Assembly (NCBI RefSeq): GCF_003918875.1
Contig: NW_025766558.1
Span: forward strand, 992,001 to 1,056,000
Source: Haliotis rubra
Lineage: Eukaryota
Direction of reading: 5' to 3'
DNA length: 64,000 nt
Of the stretch, positions 52,119-64,000 are shown in pieces (the stretch's first letter is position 1; every line of letters starts with the position of its first letter). The translations under genes were made by a program, and so were the position numbers. A model generated the notes under the pieces. The model did not search any database. It saw only the letters and a list, made by a program, of their open reading frames with translations, and was not told the origin of the DNA.

Positions 52119-55100
52119 ATGTCAAGCTCTGGCAAGCGACGAGTTATCAACAAGAACAGAACGCTGAAGGTGACCGTGGTCGGAGACAGTCAAGTGGGCA
52201 AGACTTGTTTGTTGCTGACTTACGTGACCAAGAAGTACCCAGCATGCGTTCCGGCGTCCTTCGAGTGGCATCTTGGTGAGTAGACGGAGACCCAGTCTGA
52301 GATCACACCTGAAACTACTGATCTAATGATATACGCCATTGAGTAGACGCATAACCAGTCTAAGACTCTTTGGACACTGTATGTATAGAGAGGGATACTC
52401 AGTCTGACATGGAATCACATCGGTATCAGACAGTAGCTTATATACACTGAGTAGAAGCGTACCCAGTCACACCATATGCGTATACCTTCGCTGGTACGGA
52501 GATATATATCGATAGCTCGCCATTTGACTAGAAGACCCCAGTTTGTCGGGTGCTGCTCCGAGGTGTTGTTCGGCGTTCGGCTTCTCCTTTGCACCAATTG
52601 TTCAATCAAATATTGTTGTACATATACATATGGCTGTGGTATATATAACCCTGGTATATGACCGTGCCATATGACTATGGTATATGACCGTGCCATATGA
52701 CTATGGTATATGACCGTGCCATATGACTATGGTATATGACCGTGGTATATGGCTATCGTATATGACCGTGGTATATGGCTATTGTATATGCCTCTGGTAT
52801 ATGGCTATGGTATATGGCCATGGTATATGGTTATGGTATATATGACCGTGGTATATGGCTATGGTTTATGACCGTGATATATGGCTATTGTTTATGACCG
52901 TGGTATATGGCTGTGGTATATGGCCGTGGTATATGGTTGTGGTATATATGACCGTGGTATATGGCTATGGTATATATGACCGTGATATATGGCTATGGTT
53001 TATGACCGTGGTATATGGCTGTGGTATATGGCCGTGGTATATGGTTGTGGTATATATGACCGTGGTATATGGTCGTGGTATATATGACCGTGGTATATGG
53101 TTGTGGTATATATGACCGTGGTATATGGCTATGGTATATATGACCGTGATATATGGCTATGGTTTATGACCGTGGTATATGGCTGTGGTATATGGCCGTG
53201 GTATATGGTTGTGGTATATATGACCGTGGTTTTATGGCTATGGTATATATGACCGTGATATATGGCTATGGTTTATGACCGTGGTATATGGCTGTGGTAT
53301 ATGGCCGTGGTATATGGTTGTGGTATATATGACCGTGGTTTTATGGCTATGGTATATATGACCGTGATATATGGCTATGGTTTATGACCGTGGTATATGA
53401 CTGTGGTATATGGCCGTGGTATATGGTTGTGGTATATATGACCGTGGTTTTATGGCTATGGTATATATGACCGTGGTATATGACCGTGGTATATGGTTGT
53501 GATATATGACCGTGGTATATGGCTGTGGTATATGGTTGTGGTATATGACTGTGGTATATGGCTGTGGTATATGATCGTGGTATATGCCTGTGTAATATGA
53601 CCCTGATATATGTCTATGGTATATAACTGTGTTATATGGTTGTGATATATGACCGTGGGATATGGCTGTGGTATATGGTTGTGGTATATGACCGTGGTGT
53701 ATGGCCAAGGTATATGATCGTGGTATATGCCTGTGTAATATGACCCTGATATATGTCTATGGTATATGACCGTGTTATATGGCCGTGGTATATGGCTGTG
53801 GTATACGATCGTGGTATATGCCTGGTATATGACCGTGGTATATGCCTGTGTAATATGACCCTGATATATGTCTATGGTATATGACCGTGTTATATGGCCG
53901 TGGTATATGGCTGTGGTATACGATCGTGGTATATGCTTGTGTAATATGACCCTGATATATGTCTATGGTATATGACCGTGTTATATGACTATGGCATAGG
54001 TATATAGTAAATGATCTTCGCCTACTATCACGTTATATCCAAACATCGACACTAACGTAAGTAACCAAGGCTCGAGGATCTGCACTCTAGAAATCGGGAA
54101 AAAACCGCCTTGTGTGAGCATTTGTTGACTGTAACTTCACCATATCCAAGCCAGGCCCGGATGTTATATCACGAGTGTTGATGTGTGATGCATGCTACTA
54201 GAATGTCCCATTTAGACGCTACTCAACCATTTCCCTTTGCATTGCCACCACACAATCTACACTCTGCCTCTCCAGCATCTCGCGGATGACAGGGGTGCCG
54301 ATCCATCAGGTCGCCTGTATAACGGTTCTCCCCTCCAAAACAGCTGATATGAGACCAGTATGATTATATAGTGGGTCACTATGTACATTAACATTTATTA
54401 ACCACCAACATCGAAAGATATGCTAATATGTTGTGCTGTAATGTCGCTCTAAATTGACAGCCGCCTGCTGATGCTGTGACATTTCCACTGTAGTCGACGC
54501 TGCTCGCCCTGTTTACATTGCCTAGAACCAAATACAGCAGCGGACATATTCCACATTAGATCAAGCAGTTAGGGTTTCGACAAAACCAGATTCCCCTCCC
54601 TTTCACATTTTTAATGTCCTCAGGATTTGAAAACAAAGACATCAGTGTTAGCTTGGCAAACAAAATCAATTCAGCGGGCCTGCCCGTTTCTATAATATGA
54701 AAAATGTCATTTTGATTTTCTTACACATATAATCCTTTGGTTGACACAGTTGAACATAACTTTTGGGAAGTTCTGTCCTTCTAAACCTAACTTGTATGTG
54801 TATCGCCAAGAACCCTTTTTCATTTGATTTATTTATGACATACATGTAGAAACATGTTCACGAAACAGTATGTTTTGTATTGGATGATTATACATTATAT
54901 AATACTTTATCGCCTGCGTACACAATGTATCTTCACAACAGTAATGTATATTAATAATACTTAAAATTCATAAATACATTTCCCAGGGTTATTTCTCAAT
55001 ATGTATGACCTATATTAATATTCCGCTCAAATGGATAAAATATTACAATACCATTAGTGACCCACACCTTTCATTCATTACTGAAGTATGTGAGAGGTGA

Positions 55101-56551
55101 AGAATGCCAACAGCTGATATACCCTTATGTTACTTCTGTTCCAGCCGGGACCGGTTTCAGCCAGAGCACCTACCCAAACATCCAGGTTGACGGACAGCGT
55201 TACGATCTCGACTTCACCGACACTTTGGGACTGGTCAGTACCTTGGACATTGGCTCAATGTCGTGTTATATACATGATGAACCCAGAGTGGTGTTTTGTG
55301 TTTGCAGGGTGGTGTGTAGAGTGTGGAGTGTGTAGAATGATTACCCCGACGTCTTCCAGGAGTGGCGACATCTGTGTATCTGTGTCAGAGAACGGGTGTC
55401 AGTTTCTCTTGTCTACACAGCTCGTGCAATCCTCACATGCATTTGTTTATTTTTATAAAGAAAAGTAATACGCAGTTGATTTTTTCAAACTGTTCAAGGA
55501 AAACATGTCTTCATGTGGTATTACATTACTGGCAAAGGGTAGGCCTGTCTCATGACTCGTCCTTCTGCGTACATCATCTGTGGACTGCCACCGATCCCCT
55601 CAACGCGATGACATCGGCGGCCCTGGTTATGGCTGAATGTTGTTTTATTCCGCACCGTCAGCTACAAATGATTGATTCTGTACCGGGCGATTCGCTGGGC
55701 GATATCATGACCACCATATCAGACCACAGAGTCGAACCACCCGATCCTCATTCTAGTCTGCTCTTACAGCAAGCACGGGGATAAAAGGACACATAGGTTG
55801 CCCTCGTTACATGATCAATGCTTTGTTTTTATAAAAGATTCTCTTAAGAAACGTAAAATACATTAAAAATGTAATTTAAAAAATTATGTTCTCGAGTCTT
55901 ATTTCTCTTAAATATTTAAATTTTGATAGAAACAAAGAATTCCATCTTAACTGAAAAGAAGGTACTAGTGAGGTCAACCTGCACAACGTGACAGGCTTGC
56001 TTCATATAGGTCTTTAACACTGCAGTAAGGGTGGAGGGAAACAACATGGTTCAGGAACAGTCACACAGACTGGATGCAGTCAATGTAAACATTGAATCCT
56101 TTCTATATACTTTTCGTCATTGTTTCAGGACAGTTCCCTGTCTCTACGGCTGCTGGAGTATATGACCACTGATGTGTTCGTCGTCTGCTTCGACATTTCC
56201 TGTCCTGAATCTTTTGAAAATGTGCGGGAAAAATGGATGCCGGAAATCCGGTCTGCTCAGCCTGAGATCCCAATAATCATAGTTGGTACCAAACTAGACC
56301 TACGGAACAATTCCGATGTGAAGTCGGGCTTAGCCGAGATCGGGAAAAAGCCCGTTTTGCACGAGGAAGGTCAGAGGTTGGCACGTGAGTTGAAGGTCGT
56401 GGACTATGTCGAGTGTTCGTCTCTTAATAACGATGGCGTCAGGTCAGTGTTTCTGACAGCTGCGCACGCAGCTTGTATGGCAAAGAAGAGCCGGGTTGGT
56501 GGAGGTGAAAGTGAGAAAGAGGAGGACTGCTGCAGGTGTGTCATACTATGA
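52119..56551 (+). CDS. Atypical Rho-family (Rac/Cdc42-related) small GTPase, 222 aa, 3 exons
   Basis: Exons 52119-52275, 55145-55233, 56129-56551 (669 nt, phases 1 and 0). G1 GDSQVGKT, switch I CVPASF, G3 DTLGL, TDVFVVCF...SFENVREKWMPEI, G4 GTKLDLR, Rho insert, G5 ECSS, CaaX CVIL. Confidence 0.92.
52625..53995. repeat. Degenerate 12/14-bp minisatellite (TATGRCYGTGGTA) in Rho-gene intron 1
   Basis: Visible tandem array with higher-order blocks. Confidence 0.92.
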
Positions 56552-57359
56552 ACGGGATCTTACGCGGAATTTCTTATCGAAAACCAACACATTCAATAGC
56601 AACATTCCGTCGCCCTTCCCGTGGAAGTCGATACCATCACTCGGCTCCTTCAATGACGTGTTAATAAACTGGATGTTCCAGGCGTTCGTCTGTAGGATCG
56701 GTTTCTGGGCTTGCCAAGTCTGGATTTGCTTCAATAAGCTGTCCCTGTTAAACATTCATGGGGGATCATCCACATTGTAGAAGTCCATTGACTCCAGTAG
56801 GTAATATCCGAAGTAGCCTACAGCCAATCGACCATTTTAAACATATATTATACTAGTATTTGGGATTACACTTTCTCTGTAAAGTACAGATTCTAGTACT
56901 TGTTTTGGGTTGAGTCCCATCCGGGATTCTAAAATGGCATGGTGTATTTCACAACCATTTGAATGTGAGAATGCAGTAGCTTCCAATGTATTATAATACC
57001 GTGTAAATAGTGTCTCCTGTACCGTTAGTCTTCAGGGCTCGTGTTTCGGTAAACACTAAACAGTGGGTCCATTCCTTTGGTTTCCTCGATCCCAACCCGT
57101 TGATTTCATCAACCAGTTTATTTTGCCAAGCTACTCGGTCTAACGGACCAGTAAGAATGCGGGTTGCAAAGAAGCCCCAATGATTACACTGACTGACACG
57201 CTAACGAAAGCCCTCAATAAATTTCTTGATGGAAAAAATGCGTTAAAACGAGTTGGCGAGTCCCGATGCTAGCAAGCACTGCCTGTAATGTAATGCAACA
57301 GGAATGGACCCAGGGCTTGGTGAGGTTTACCGACATGCAAGGCACCAAGAAAAAGAGGA

Positions 57360-57521
57360 CTGACTGAGTTTGGTTTTACGCCGCTTTTAGCAATATTCCA
57401 GCTACATCACGGCGGGGGACACCAGAAATGGGCTTCACACATTGTACCCATGTGGGGATTCGAACCCTGGTCTTCGGCGTGACGAGCCAACGCTTTAACC
57501 ACTAGGCTACCCCACCGCCCC
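57360..57521 (-). mobile_element. tRNA-derived SINE (family A), full length
   Basis: Very similar to 35757-35921; aaagaggac on both flanks (TSD-like). Confidence 0.9.
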
Positions 57522-58439
57522 AGATAAAGAGGACGATGATGAGGTTATAATGTGTCTGACGTTATTTTTTCATATACAGTATATTACGTTTGAATTCATA
57601 TTGGAAACAGGAACTGGTTCCAGTCGGATTAGCTTGGTACGTATCCTTTACACCGAAAGTCTGTGTGAACACCACAACAAATTTGTAGGTACTTTCTATG
57701 GCCAATATCGACGTATAGCCTGTATCATCATCGACGTCACAGTAATCTTTGTCATCATCGACGTCACAGTAATCTTTGTCATCATCGACGTCATTGTAGC
57801 CTCTGTCAATAACAAGCATCTGAGTGAGTGAGTTGGTTGTATTTCACGCCGCTTTTAACAATATGTCAGTTCAGTCATGTGCCAGGTCAAAGTTTAAGCA
57901 AAGGCCGAAGTGATGCAGATGTGTGACGTTTACTACGAAATAGGTGCTAACATGAAACATCGTGATAACAAACCAGTGACCACTATCAGACAAAGACTGG
58001 AATCGACCACAGGATCCTGGTGAATCTAAGGGATACAACTCTGTACAGAGCGTTAAGTTCACTGACCTTCACCCAAGACAATATTGTTTCATATGAAGAA
58101 GACGTCTGATTTATGTGAAACCGATTAAACGATAAAGTATTTATGCTTTCTTTGTTTGTCTTTAAATTCTATCAGTGGACGATCTATCTTATGCCACAGT
58201 CGGCACCTGTAAATGAGATATCTAAGTGAGATATATCAGGTATGTGTTACATTCCTGCCTGTATGACATATACTAACTGTAGCTCCCTCCCAATTTCAGA
58301 CAGCAGGCGTTGTATATTAACATGAAGCAAAGCACTGTGCATGAAATTATGTGCACAATGAACTTACTCACTTTTTGCATGCATTTTGACACCTGAAAGT
58401 CAAACACCAGATATTGAAAATTGAAGAACCGTTGATTAT

Positions 58440-58790
58440 TCTCTAGCCTCTGAATGTTGTGGAAAGCACGTAAACGGAACCGACTGAGGGAACACAACAT
58501 CCGGCCTCGACGGCCTCCAATACGTCTAACTTTGCTCCCATGTCACTCGTGTTGTGACACATTTCCTCAGACAGCAGAACATTCCGGTACTCTCCTGGCC
58601 AGCTACATTTCTCGGGACCTGTCCCCCATCGAGCATGCTTGGGATGAAATGGAGAGACGTTTACGTCAAGCCCAGAATCAGCCATTGGCGTAAGTTGAGT
58701 TGGTTCAGACATGGAACAACATTCCCCAAGCTTTCTTCAATCGCTTAGTGTCGTCTATGCGATGCCTGCATCAACAGGAATCCTGAATAT
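58440..58790 (+). mobile_element. Tc1-family transposase relic (internally deleted)
   Basis: RNRLREHNIRPRRP fused to THFLRQQNIPVLSWPA...LSPIEHAWDEMERRLR...WNNIPQAF. Confidence 0.75.
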
Positions 58791-59169
58791 GTGAACTGAC
58801 CGATATAATCCTGTCAACAGTAAAAAGTGATTAAGAAAAACACCGCAAATCATGTTATTATCTTTTTGCATTAAAATGGCATAACATGAAATAATGCATA
58901 GTTTTCAGAATTAGTGTTTGATTGTTACAATTTCGCCATTTAAATGCCGGTTTGTGTACATGGAAGGAATGCACAGCACAAAAACGCATCTTCGGAAACA
59001 TTAATGCATGTTTACGTTCGAAAGTGTCAATTTGCAGGAAAATGTCAGAGAGAAGAGGTGGTCTGTAATGTGCAGGTGCAGCGCTGGGGAATGTCGAGGA
59101 GGGACATTGCCTATATAAGGCCGTTTTGTTTTTAGACGGTCATTCGCCCTATTTAGCTAAATGAAAGAA

Positions 59170-59990
59170 TATCGTTATGTCGGGACTCACTGCCATTGGA
59201 CGTCTGGAGGCCGGGGAGTCTCAATCTGGCGTTGCACGTCACTCCAGTGTTTACCAGAGTACCATCAGTCGTTTATAGGACCGATATCATCAAACCAATT
59301 CTACGCAAGCTCGGCCTCGAAGTGAGTAGATCTCGTATTACAACTGAAGCGCGGTATACGTACATCCGGGTACTTCATTTGCGGAATCGAACTGTCACAG
59401 CAACTGTAACTGCAGTAATCGTTTACGAGAAGCTGGACTTGGAGCCAGAAGACTTTATTTTGGCCCTGTGCTGCGACGGCTACATCGACGTCGACGGTTC
59501 CAATGGCACAATAACATTCCATTCTGGAATCCACAACACTGGCGACGTGCGTGGTTCAGTGACGAATCTTGCTTCAGTGCCGTGACGGAAGACGTTTTCC
59601 CAAGATTTTCGTCGCCCACGTTGACCGATATGGTGGTGAGAGTGTCATAATGTGCCATATCCAACACGCAGAAATCTAACTTTCTGCGCCTTCAAGGAAA
59701 TTTTACTAATACGTTGTATTATGTACAAAATCTTAAGGATTCACATGGTTCCGATCATTGACCGCAAGGGGAAGTTGTTCCAGCATGATAGTGCCAGGTC
59801 TCACAAGGCACATGCCACTATTCAGTATCTTCACACAGCACATGCCACTATTCAGTATCTTCAGCATGAGAACATTACAGTGCTTCCATGGCCTTCCAAA
59901 TCGTCCAACCTCCACCCCATCGAGCTCTTGTGGGATGACCTCGTACGTGATGTGTAGGCGAACGTCAACAGGCGCCCCTGACGTTAGATC
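59170..59990 (+). mobile_element. Tc1-family transposase relic (frameshifted)
   Basis: AIGRLEAGESQSGVA..., YIRVLHLRNRTVTA, WRRAWFSDESCF, LFQHDSARSH...LPWPSKSSNLHPIELLWDDL. Confidence 0.85.
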
Positions 59991-60632
59991 AATTTCGCTG
60001 GCCAGAATAACACATGGTCCTGATTATATATATATCATATACCACGGCGATATGACAGATACATACTGCCGGCTGTCGGATACAAGTACCAATGTTATTC
60101 GATAGACGTCAACGCAGCATTAAAGATGCATACATGGAATGGCAGAGCGGCATCAGATAAATACACCAGACAGATAATCCACGATTGTATGATGGATACG
60201 TCATATTGGTATGACAGATACTCCACGACTGTCTGATACATATATTACGGCTATATGATAGATAATCCCTGCCTGACTGACAGTTAAAACATGCCTCAGG
60301 TGGTATGACAGATATACAGCTATCTCACAGGTATATCATGACGGTACGACAGATATATCTGTGCGGAAAACACACACGGGCATTAATCACGCACCACTAA
60401 CATGTTGTTTTTTTATAGATAAGTACGAAAACACAACATGTTGTACATGTTTTGAAAACCAAATTCCTCGTATTAAAATGGTAAATCAACATTTTCACTC
60501 TGATTAAAACGAAAATAAAGCTGAAATTGACATTTTGTAACTATTTACACTCACAATTTACTAAAAAGAGTGAAAATCAACAATGCTGGAAAATATGGTC
60601 ACCGTGACTCCGCCACCAATCTGCTTGTCACA

Positions 60633-60964
60633 CAGTGTTCGAAATAGCCACTGGCCCGCTAGCCAGTGGCTAGTAAAAATCCAGTCGGGACTGTAAATCT
60701 CACAGTCACTGGCCCGACTGGCTAGTGACTTTTCATGGGGTCATTTTGTAAATATATCACTCTCTCCGACTTGTTAAGTTATGATACACTTTTAAATCAT
60801 GCAATATTATGGCCTAATAAAAATGTTCATCATATCAGCAGCTTAATGATGAAACCCGTGTCTACATTCAGATTTCGGGCTTGTGAATTATGTTCTGGGC
60901 TAGTAACTTTCAGGCATAGCTAGCCCGAATGGCTAGCACAATTTGGAAACTATTTCGAACACTG
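60633..60964. mobile_element. hAT-like MITE with perfect 8-bp TSD
   Basis: TIR CAGTGTTCGAAATAG...CTATTTCGAACACTG; TSD ttgtcaca on both sides; internal gctagc/ggcccg repeats. Confidence 0.9.
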
Positions 60965-61029
60965 TTGTCACATAGCTATCAAATACATAGCTCTCAAATA
61001 CATAGCTCTCCTCACACTGGCAGTCAAGC

Positions 61030-61850
61030 GTCAAATTCTCAGCATCGGAATCCTCCGCTATTCCTCATGGAGTGCCAGTGTTAGTTCCTGCAGTTTTTGA
61101 ACAGCTCAAACTTGGCGTCCAATATTGCCCCAAAGATGTTCCAGAATTTCATATCGGGGCGGTAATGTATTGATGGCGTCCATGAATATCGGACGACTGG
61201 CAAGGGGGTGGCAATCAAAATGTGGTTCAACGGCGGTACCTAGTACTTTCTGTTGATAACATTGACTATTTAGTGTTGCAGTCACACGAAACTGACCCAC
61301 ACCATCACTGAGGCATCACCAAAGGGTTCCGCTGCACGGATCATCTTTATATCCCACACCGGCAGTGTAGAAGGCAGCAACCGTCATCAGACCAATGTCC
61401 CTATGTCCTCAAGTGGCGGTTATCTGTCCACGTAAGGCGTTCCTGTCTGTGTGTACCTGGGAGGAAGAAACGTGTGACCGGGAGACGTCTGACCGGGAGA
61501 CGTCTGATCGGGGGACGTATGACCGGGGGACGTCTGATCGGGGGACGTCTGACCGGGGGACGTCTGACCTGGAGACGTGTGACCGGGGAGACGTCTGACC
61601 GGGGGACGTCTGACCGGGAGACGTCTGACCGGGGGACGCCTGATCGGGGGACGTCTGCTCGCACGACGTTCCCACAAACCAGTAGCAGGCAGCCTCCTTC
61701 TGGTGGTACTGGTCACGGAGAATCGGACAGTTTTTCGGCCTGGGTCATGTGGTATTGCGTCTGGCCAGACGGACACCACGGTCATTGTTCTTCCTCAGTC
61801 TTCCAGGTCTTCGCTTTACAAGCAGACTAATCTCCGTGTGGTTCATGTTC
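61030..61850 (-). mobile_element. Tc1-family transposase relic carrying an internal 15-bp minisatellite (61470-61657)
   Basis: ...TTRRRLPATGLWERRASRRP-(RRPPV)n-...THRQERLTW, then LNSQCYQQKVL...VEPHFD...PIFMD...LEHLWGNIGR. Confidence 0.75.
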
Positions 61851-62283
61851 AAGTTGGAACCAATGTTGAGACAGGATTACGGCCTTCCCGCTAATAACTT
61901 GCATTCGTGTATTAGATGAAAGTGTACTTCTTGTCATACCATTTTTAGTACTTCCGTCTGTTAAATCAGTTCAGAAAACTGTACTGCACATATTGCAATT
62001 TTAAAATCTTAACCCAAACGTGCAATGTGCCTTCACAGCAAATGAACATGCGACCAACAGCTTTTGAGATATTGTGTGAAGGACGTGTTTTACATGTGCA
62101 TTCCAGTATGCGAGGGTATGTATGTACGCCTGTTTGGACCAAGGCTTTAAATGGCCCTTGGATTAGGGTGGAGCTTAATCATTGCTCGAGTGTATATCAC
62201 GACGTTCCCATATCTGTACCACGTTGGTGTGTCATGCGACTCATGTCTAGTATCTATTCCGGCCATCATTTGGTTTCATGCCG

Positions 62284-63635
62284 CTTGTAGTATTTACCAA
62301 TACATGTCTTGCAGTATTTACCAATACATGTCTTGCAGTATTTACCAATACATGTCTTGCAGTATTTACCCATACATGTCTTGTAGTATTTACCCATACA
62401 TGTCTTGCAGTATTTACCCATACATGTCTTGTAGTATTTACCATTACATGTCTTGCAGTATTTACCAATACATGTCTTGCAGTATTTACCCATACATGTC
62501 TTGCAGTATTTACCAATACATGTCTTGCAGTATTTACCCATACATGTCTTGTAGTATTTACCAATACATGTCTTGCAGTATTTACCAATACATGTCTTGC
62601 AGTATTTACCCATACATGTCTTGCAGTATTTACCCATACATGTCTTGCAGTATTTACCCATACATGTCTTGCAGTATTTACCAATACATGTCTTGCAGTA
62701 TTTACCCATACATGTCTTGCAGTATTTACCCATACATGTCTTGCAGTATTTACCAATACATGTCTTGCAGTATTTACCAATACATGTCTTGCAGTATTTA
62801 CCCATACATGTCTTGTAGTATTTACCCATACATGTCTTGCAGTATTTACCCATACATGTCTTGTAGTATTTACCAATACATGTCTTGCAGTATTTACCCA
62901 TACATGTCTTGCAGTATTTACCAATACATGTCTTGCAGTATTTACCAATACATGTCTTGCAGTATTTACCAATACATGTCTTGCAGTATTTACCAATACA
63001 TGTCTTGCAGTATTTACCAATACATGTCTTGCAGTATTTACCAATACATGTCTTGCAGTATTTACCCATACATGTCTTGCAGTATTTACCAATACATGTC
63101 TTGCAGTATTTACCAATACATGTCTTGCAGTATTTACCAATACATGTCTTGCAGTATTTACCAATACATGTCTTGCAGTATTTACCAATACATGTCTTGC
63201 AGTATTTACCAATACATGTCTTGCAGTATTTACCAATACATGTCTTGCAGTATTTACCAATACATGTCTTGCAGTATTTACCCATACATGTCTTGCAGTA
63301 TTTACCCATACATGTCTTGCAGTATTTACCCATACATGTCTTGTAGTATTTACCCATACATGTCTTGCAGTATTTACCCATACATGTCTTGCAGTATTTA
63401 CCAATACATGTCTTGCAGTATTTACCAATACATGTCTTGCAGTATTTACCAATACATGTCTTGCAGTATTTACCCATACATGTCTTGCAGTATTTACCAA
63501 TACATGTCTTGCAGTATTTACCAATACATGTCTTGCAGTATTTACCAATGCATGTCTTGCCGTATTTACCAATACATGTCTTGCAGTATTTACCCATACA
63601 TGTCTTGTAGTATTTAGCCATACATGTCTTGCAGT
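62284..63635. repeat. 24-bp minisatellite (GCAGTATTTACCMATACATGTCTT), ~56 copies
   Basis: Visible array; the unit is a multiple of 3 and lacks stops in several frames, which produces the 440-490 aa pseudo-ORFs. Confidence 0.97.
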
Positions 63636-63710
63636 GAGTATTGCATGTGAGTTTCCTTGGGTCCCTCGGGTCCTGTTTCAACACTCGGTGCCACTGACTA
63701 GAGTACTCCT

Positions 63711-64000
63711 ATTCGGGCAGAAAGAGAGCAGGGGATAACAGCATTCGGGCAGAAAGAGAGCAGGGGATAACAGCATTCGGGCAGAAAGAGAGCAGGGGAT
63801 AACAGCATTCGGGCAGAATGAGAGCAGGGGATAACAACATTCGGGCAGAAAGAGAGCAGGGGATAACAACATTCGGGCAGAAAGAGAGCAGGGGATAACA
63901 ACATTCGGGCAGAAAGAGAGCAGGGGATAACAACATTTGGGCAGAAAGAGAGCAGGGGATAACAACATTCGGGCAGAATGAGAGCAGGGGATAACATTCA
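63711..64000. repeat. 32-bp minisatellite (ATTCGGGCAGAAAGAGAGCAGGGGATAACARC), runs off the window
   Basis: About 9 copies visible. Confidence 0.95.

Noticed and set aside
57641-57650. Perfect U12 donor GTATCCTTT
   Set aside because: No associated exon or gene model; it is downstream of the Rho stop and probably chance.
62151-63738. Four 440-490 aa ORFs on both strands (MSCSIYQY / NTARHVLV / KYCKTCIG / AVFTNTCL repeats)
   Set aside because: They are translations of a 24-bp minisatellite that is open in several frames at once; no unique domains or gene structure.

Overview
Eukaryotic, intron-rich, repeat-rich animal genomic DNA. The SINE families and gene content suggest a mollusc, possibly an abalone-like gastropod (inference). 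Reading splice sites by hand gives five protein-coding gene models, all phase-consistent. (1) An unknown basic 264-aa protein (-, 3322-5753). (2) An ankyrin-repeat/SOCS-box (ASB-type) protein (-, 17665-21696). (3) A 15-exon, ~655-aa meiotic TOPOVIB-like gene (TOP6BL, +, 25016-39745) that is largely invisible in the ORF track; it has the C-terminal REC114-binding-type motif and a probable minor-spliceosome (U12) intron. (4) MBIP (-, 40959-47424, 8 exons). (5) An atypical Rho-family GTPase (+, 52119-56551) with natural G12S/T35A/A59L/Q61L-equivalent substitutions, behind a CRE + CArG promoter. The rest is Tc1-family transposase relics, hAT-, MULE- and TA-type MITEs, two SINE families, a decayed DIRS-like relic, a ~1.6-kb inverted-repeat structure and at least 10 minisatellites, several of which visibly grew out of SINE or transposase sequence. 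A 14-bp motif (GAGTTAYSYCCCTT) lies on the sense strand at the 5' end of three genes. No CRISPR, rRNA or intact tRNA genes were found. All homology calls are from recalled protein motifs, not database searches.
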